Positions 63,352 through 64,000 of a DNA stretch of 64,000 nucleotides are shown piece after piece. How positions within the stretch are numbered: position 1 is the stretch's first letter; every line of letters begins with the position of its first letter. This DNA comes from Octopus bimaculoides (Eukaryota), in contig NC_068983.1 in the NCBI RefSeq assembly GCF_001194135.2, positions 70,184,509 to 70,248,508 on the forward strand, written 5' to 3'. Both the position numbers and the translations under genes were made by a program. The notes under the pieces are model-generated. The model did not search any database and was not told where the DNA came from. It saw nothing but the letters and a program-made list of their open reading frames with translations.

Positions 63352-64000
63352 GTATGTATCTGTGTGCTATTTTCATGCAAATTAACTGCCATATATATGA
63401 CATGCTCTATAGTCAATTTACTTGCATAATATAATAGACACTACTCTCGGAACAAACTCTGACCATCTGTTTAAATATTAATTCATGGAAGAAGCTGTAT
63501 AAAGTCTTCTTAATATAATGTTGTTAACACAATAAAAAATGAAATAGTCTCTACTTGAAGCAGTGATTGATCAGCGGCCTCTGTTCAATAGGTTTACTGA
63601 AGCTGACTTGTCCTAGGTTATTCAACATCAACTAAACAATTGACTTCTATTACAACAGTTACCAGATGATGTATGATTACTATCATTAATGATGTATGGA
63701 GGTAGCAATAGGGATTTTCAGATTTTGCAATTCAGTTTTTGTTAGGATTGGCATGGTCAACATTATTAATCTAAGTAAAAACAAAGACAATAATTTCTGC
63801 ATTTTAAAAACTTCAGTTTTTTTTTTCTTTTGGAGGGATATTAGATATGTGTTATATGAAAAAACCTCATTCACAATCATATTTCAGTCTACCAGACAAA
63901 TGTTTCACTGAACAACCTAAAAATTTTAAAAAACTATTTTCATTTCTTTTATGGTCCCCCGATCCCTTATCTGGTGGTCAATGAGGAAACTTGGGATAGA

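Overview
AT-rich, microsatellite- and repeat-dense animal genomic DNA from a gapped short-read scaffold. The repeat families suggest an octopus; this is inference. The window appears to lie entirely inside a very large RGS7/RGS6-family (R7 RGS) gene on the + strand. Only three small DEP-region exons are present (16625-16675, 46932-47038, 63300-63351), separated by 30.3 kb and 16.3 kb introns. An intronless CCM2 (malcavernin) ORF (42437-43711) is nested in the first intron on the same strand. The rest is transposon-derived: PHD-containing RTE LINEs, an L1/Tx1-like element in a (TAGA)n tract, R4/Dong-like and CR1-like fragments, a Penelope-like element, a Helitron 3' end, full-length Tc1 and mariner relics, hAT and piggyBac-type MITEs, a 560-bp palindrome and several tRNA-derived SINE families. 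The most unusual region is 30.4-33.5 kb. It holds a 361-nt highly structured tandem-repeat unit with a minimal hammerhead ribozyme carrying the U3-A8 core covariation (retrozyme-like), two tRNA-headed SINEs with a hammerhead-type Penelope-like tail and an inverted copy of that tail, and a Penelope-like element. All homology calls are by eye; no searches were run.
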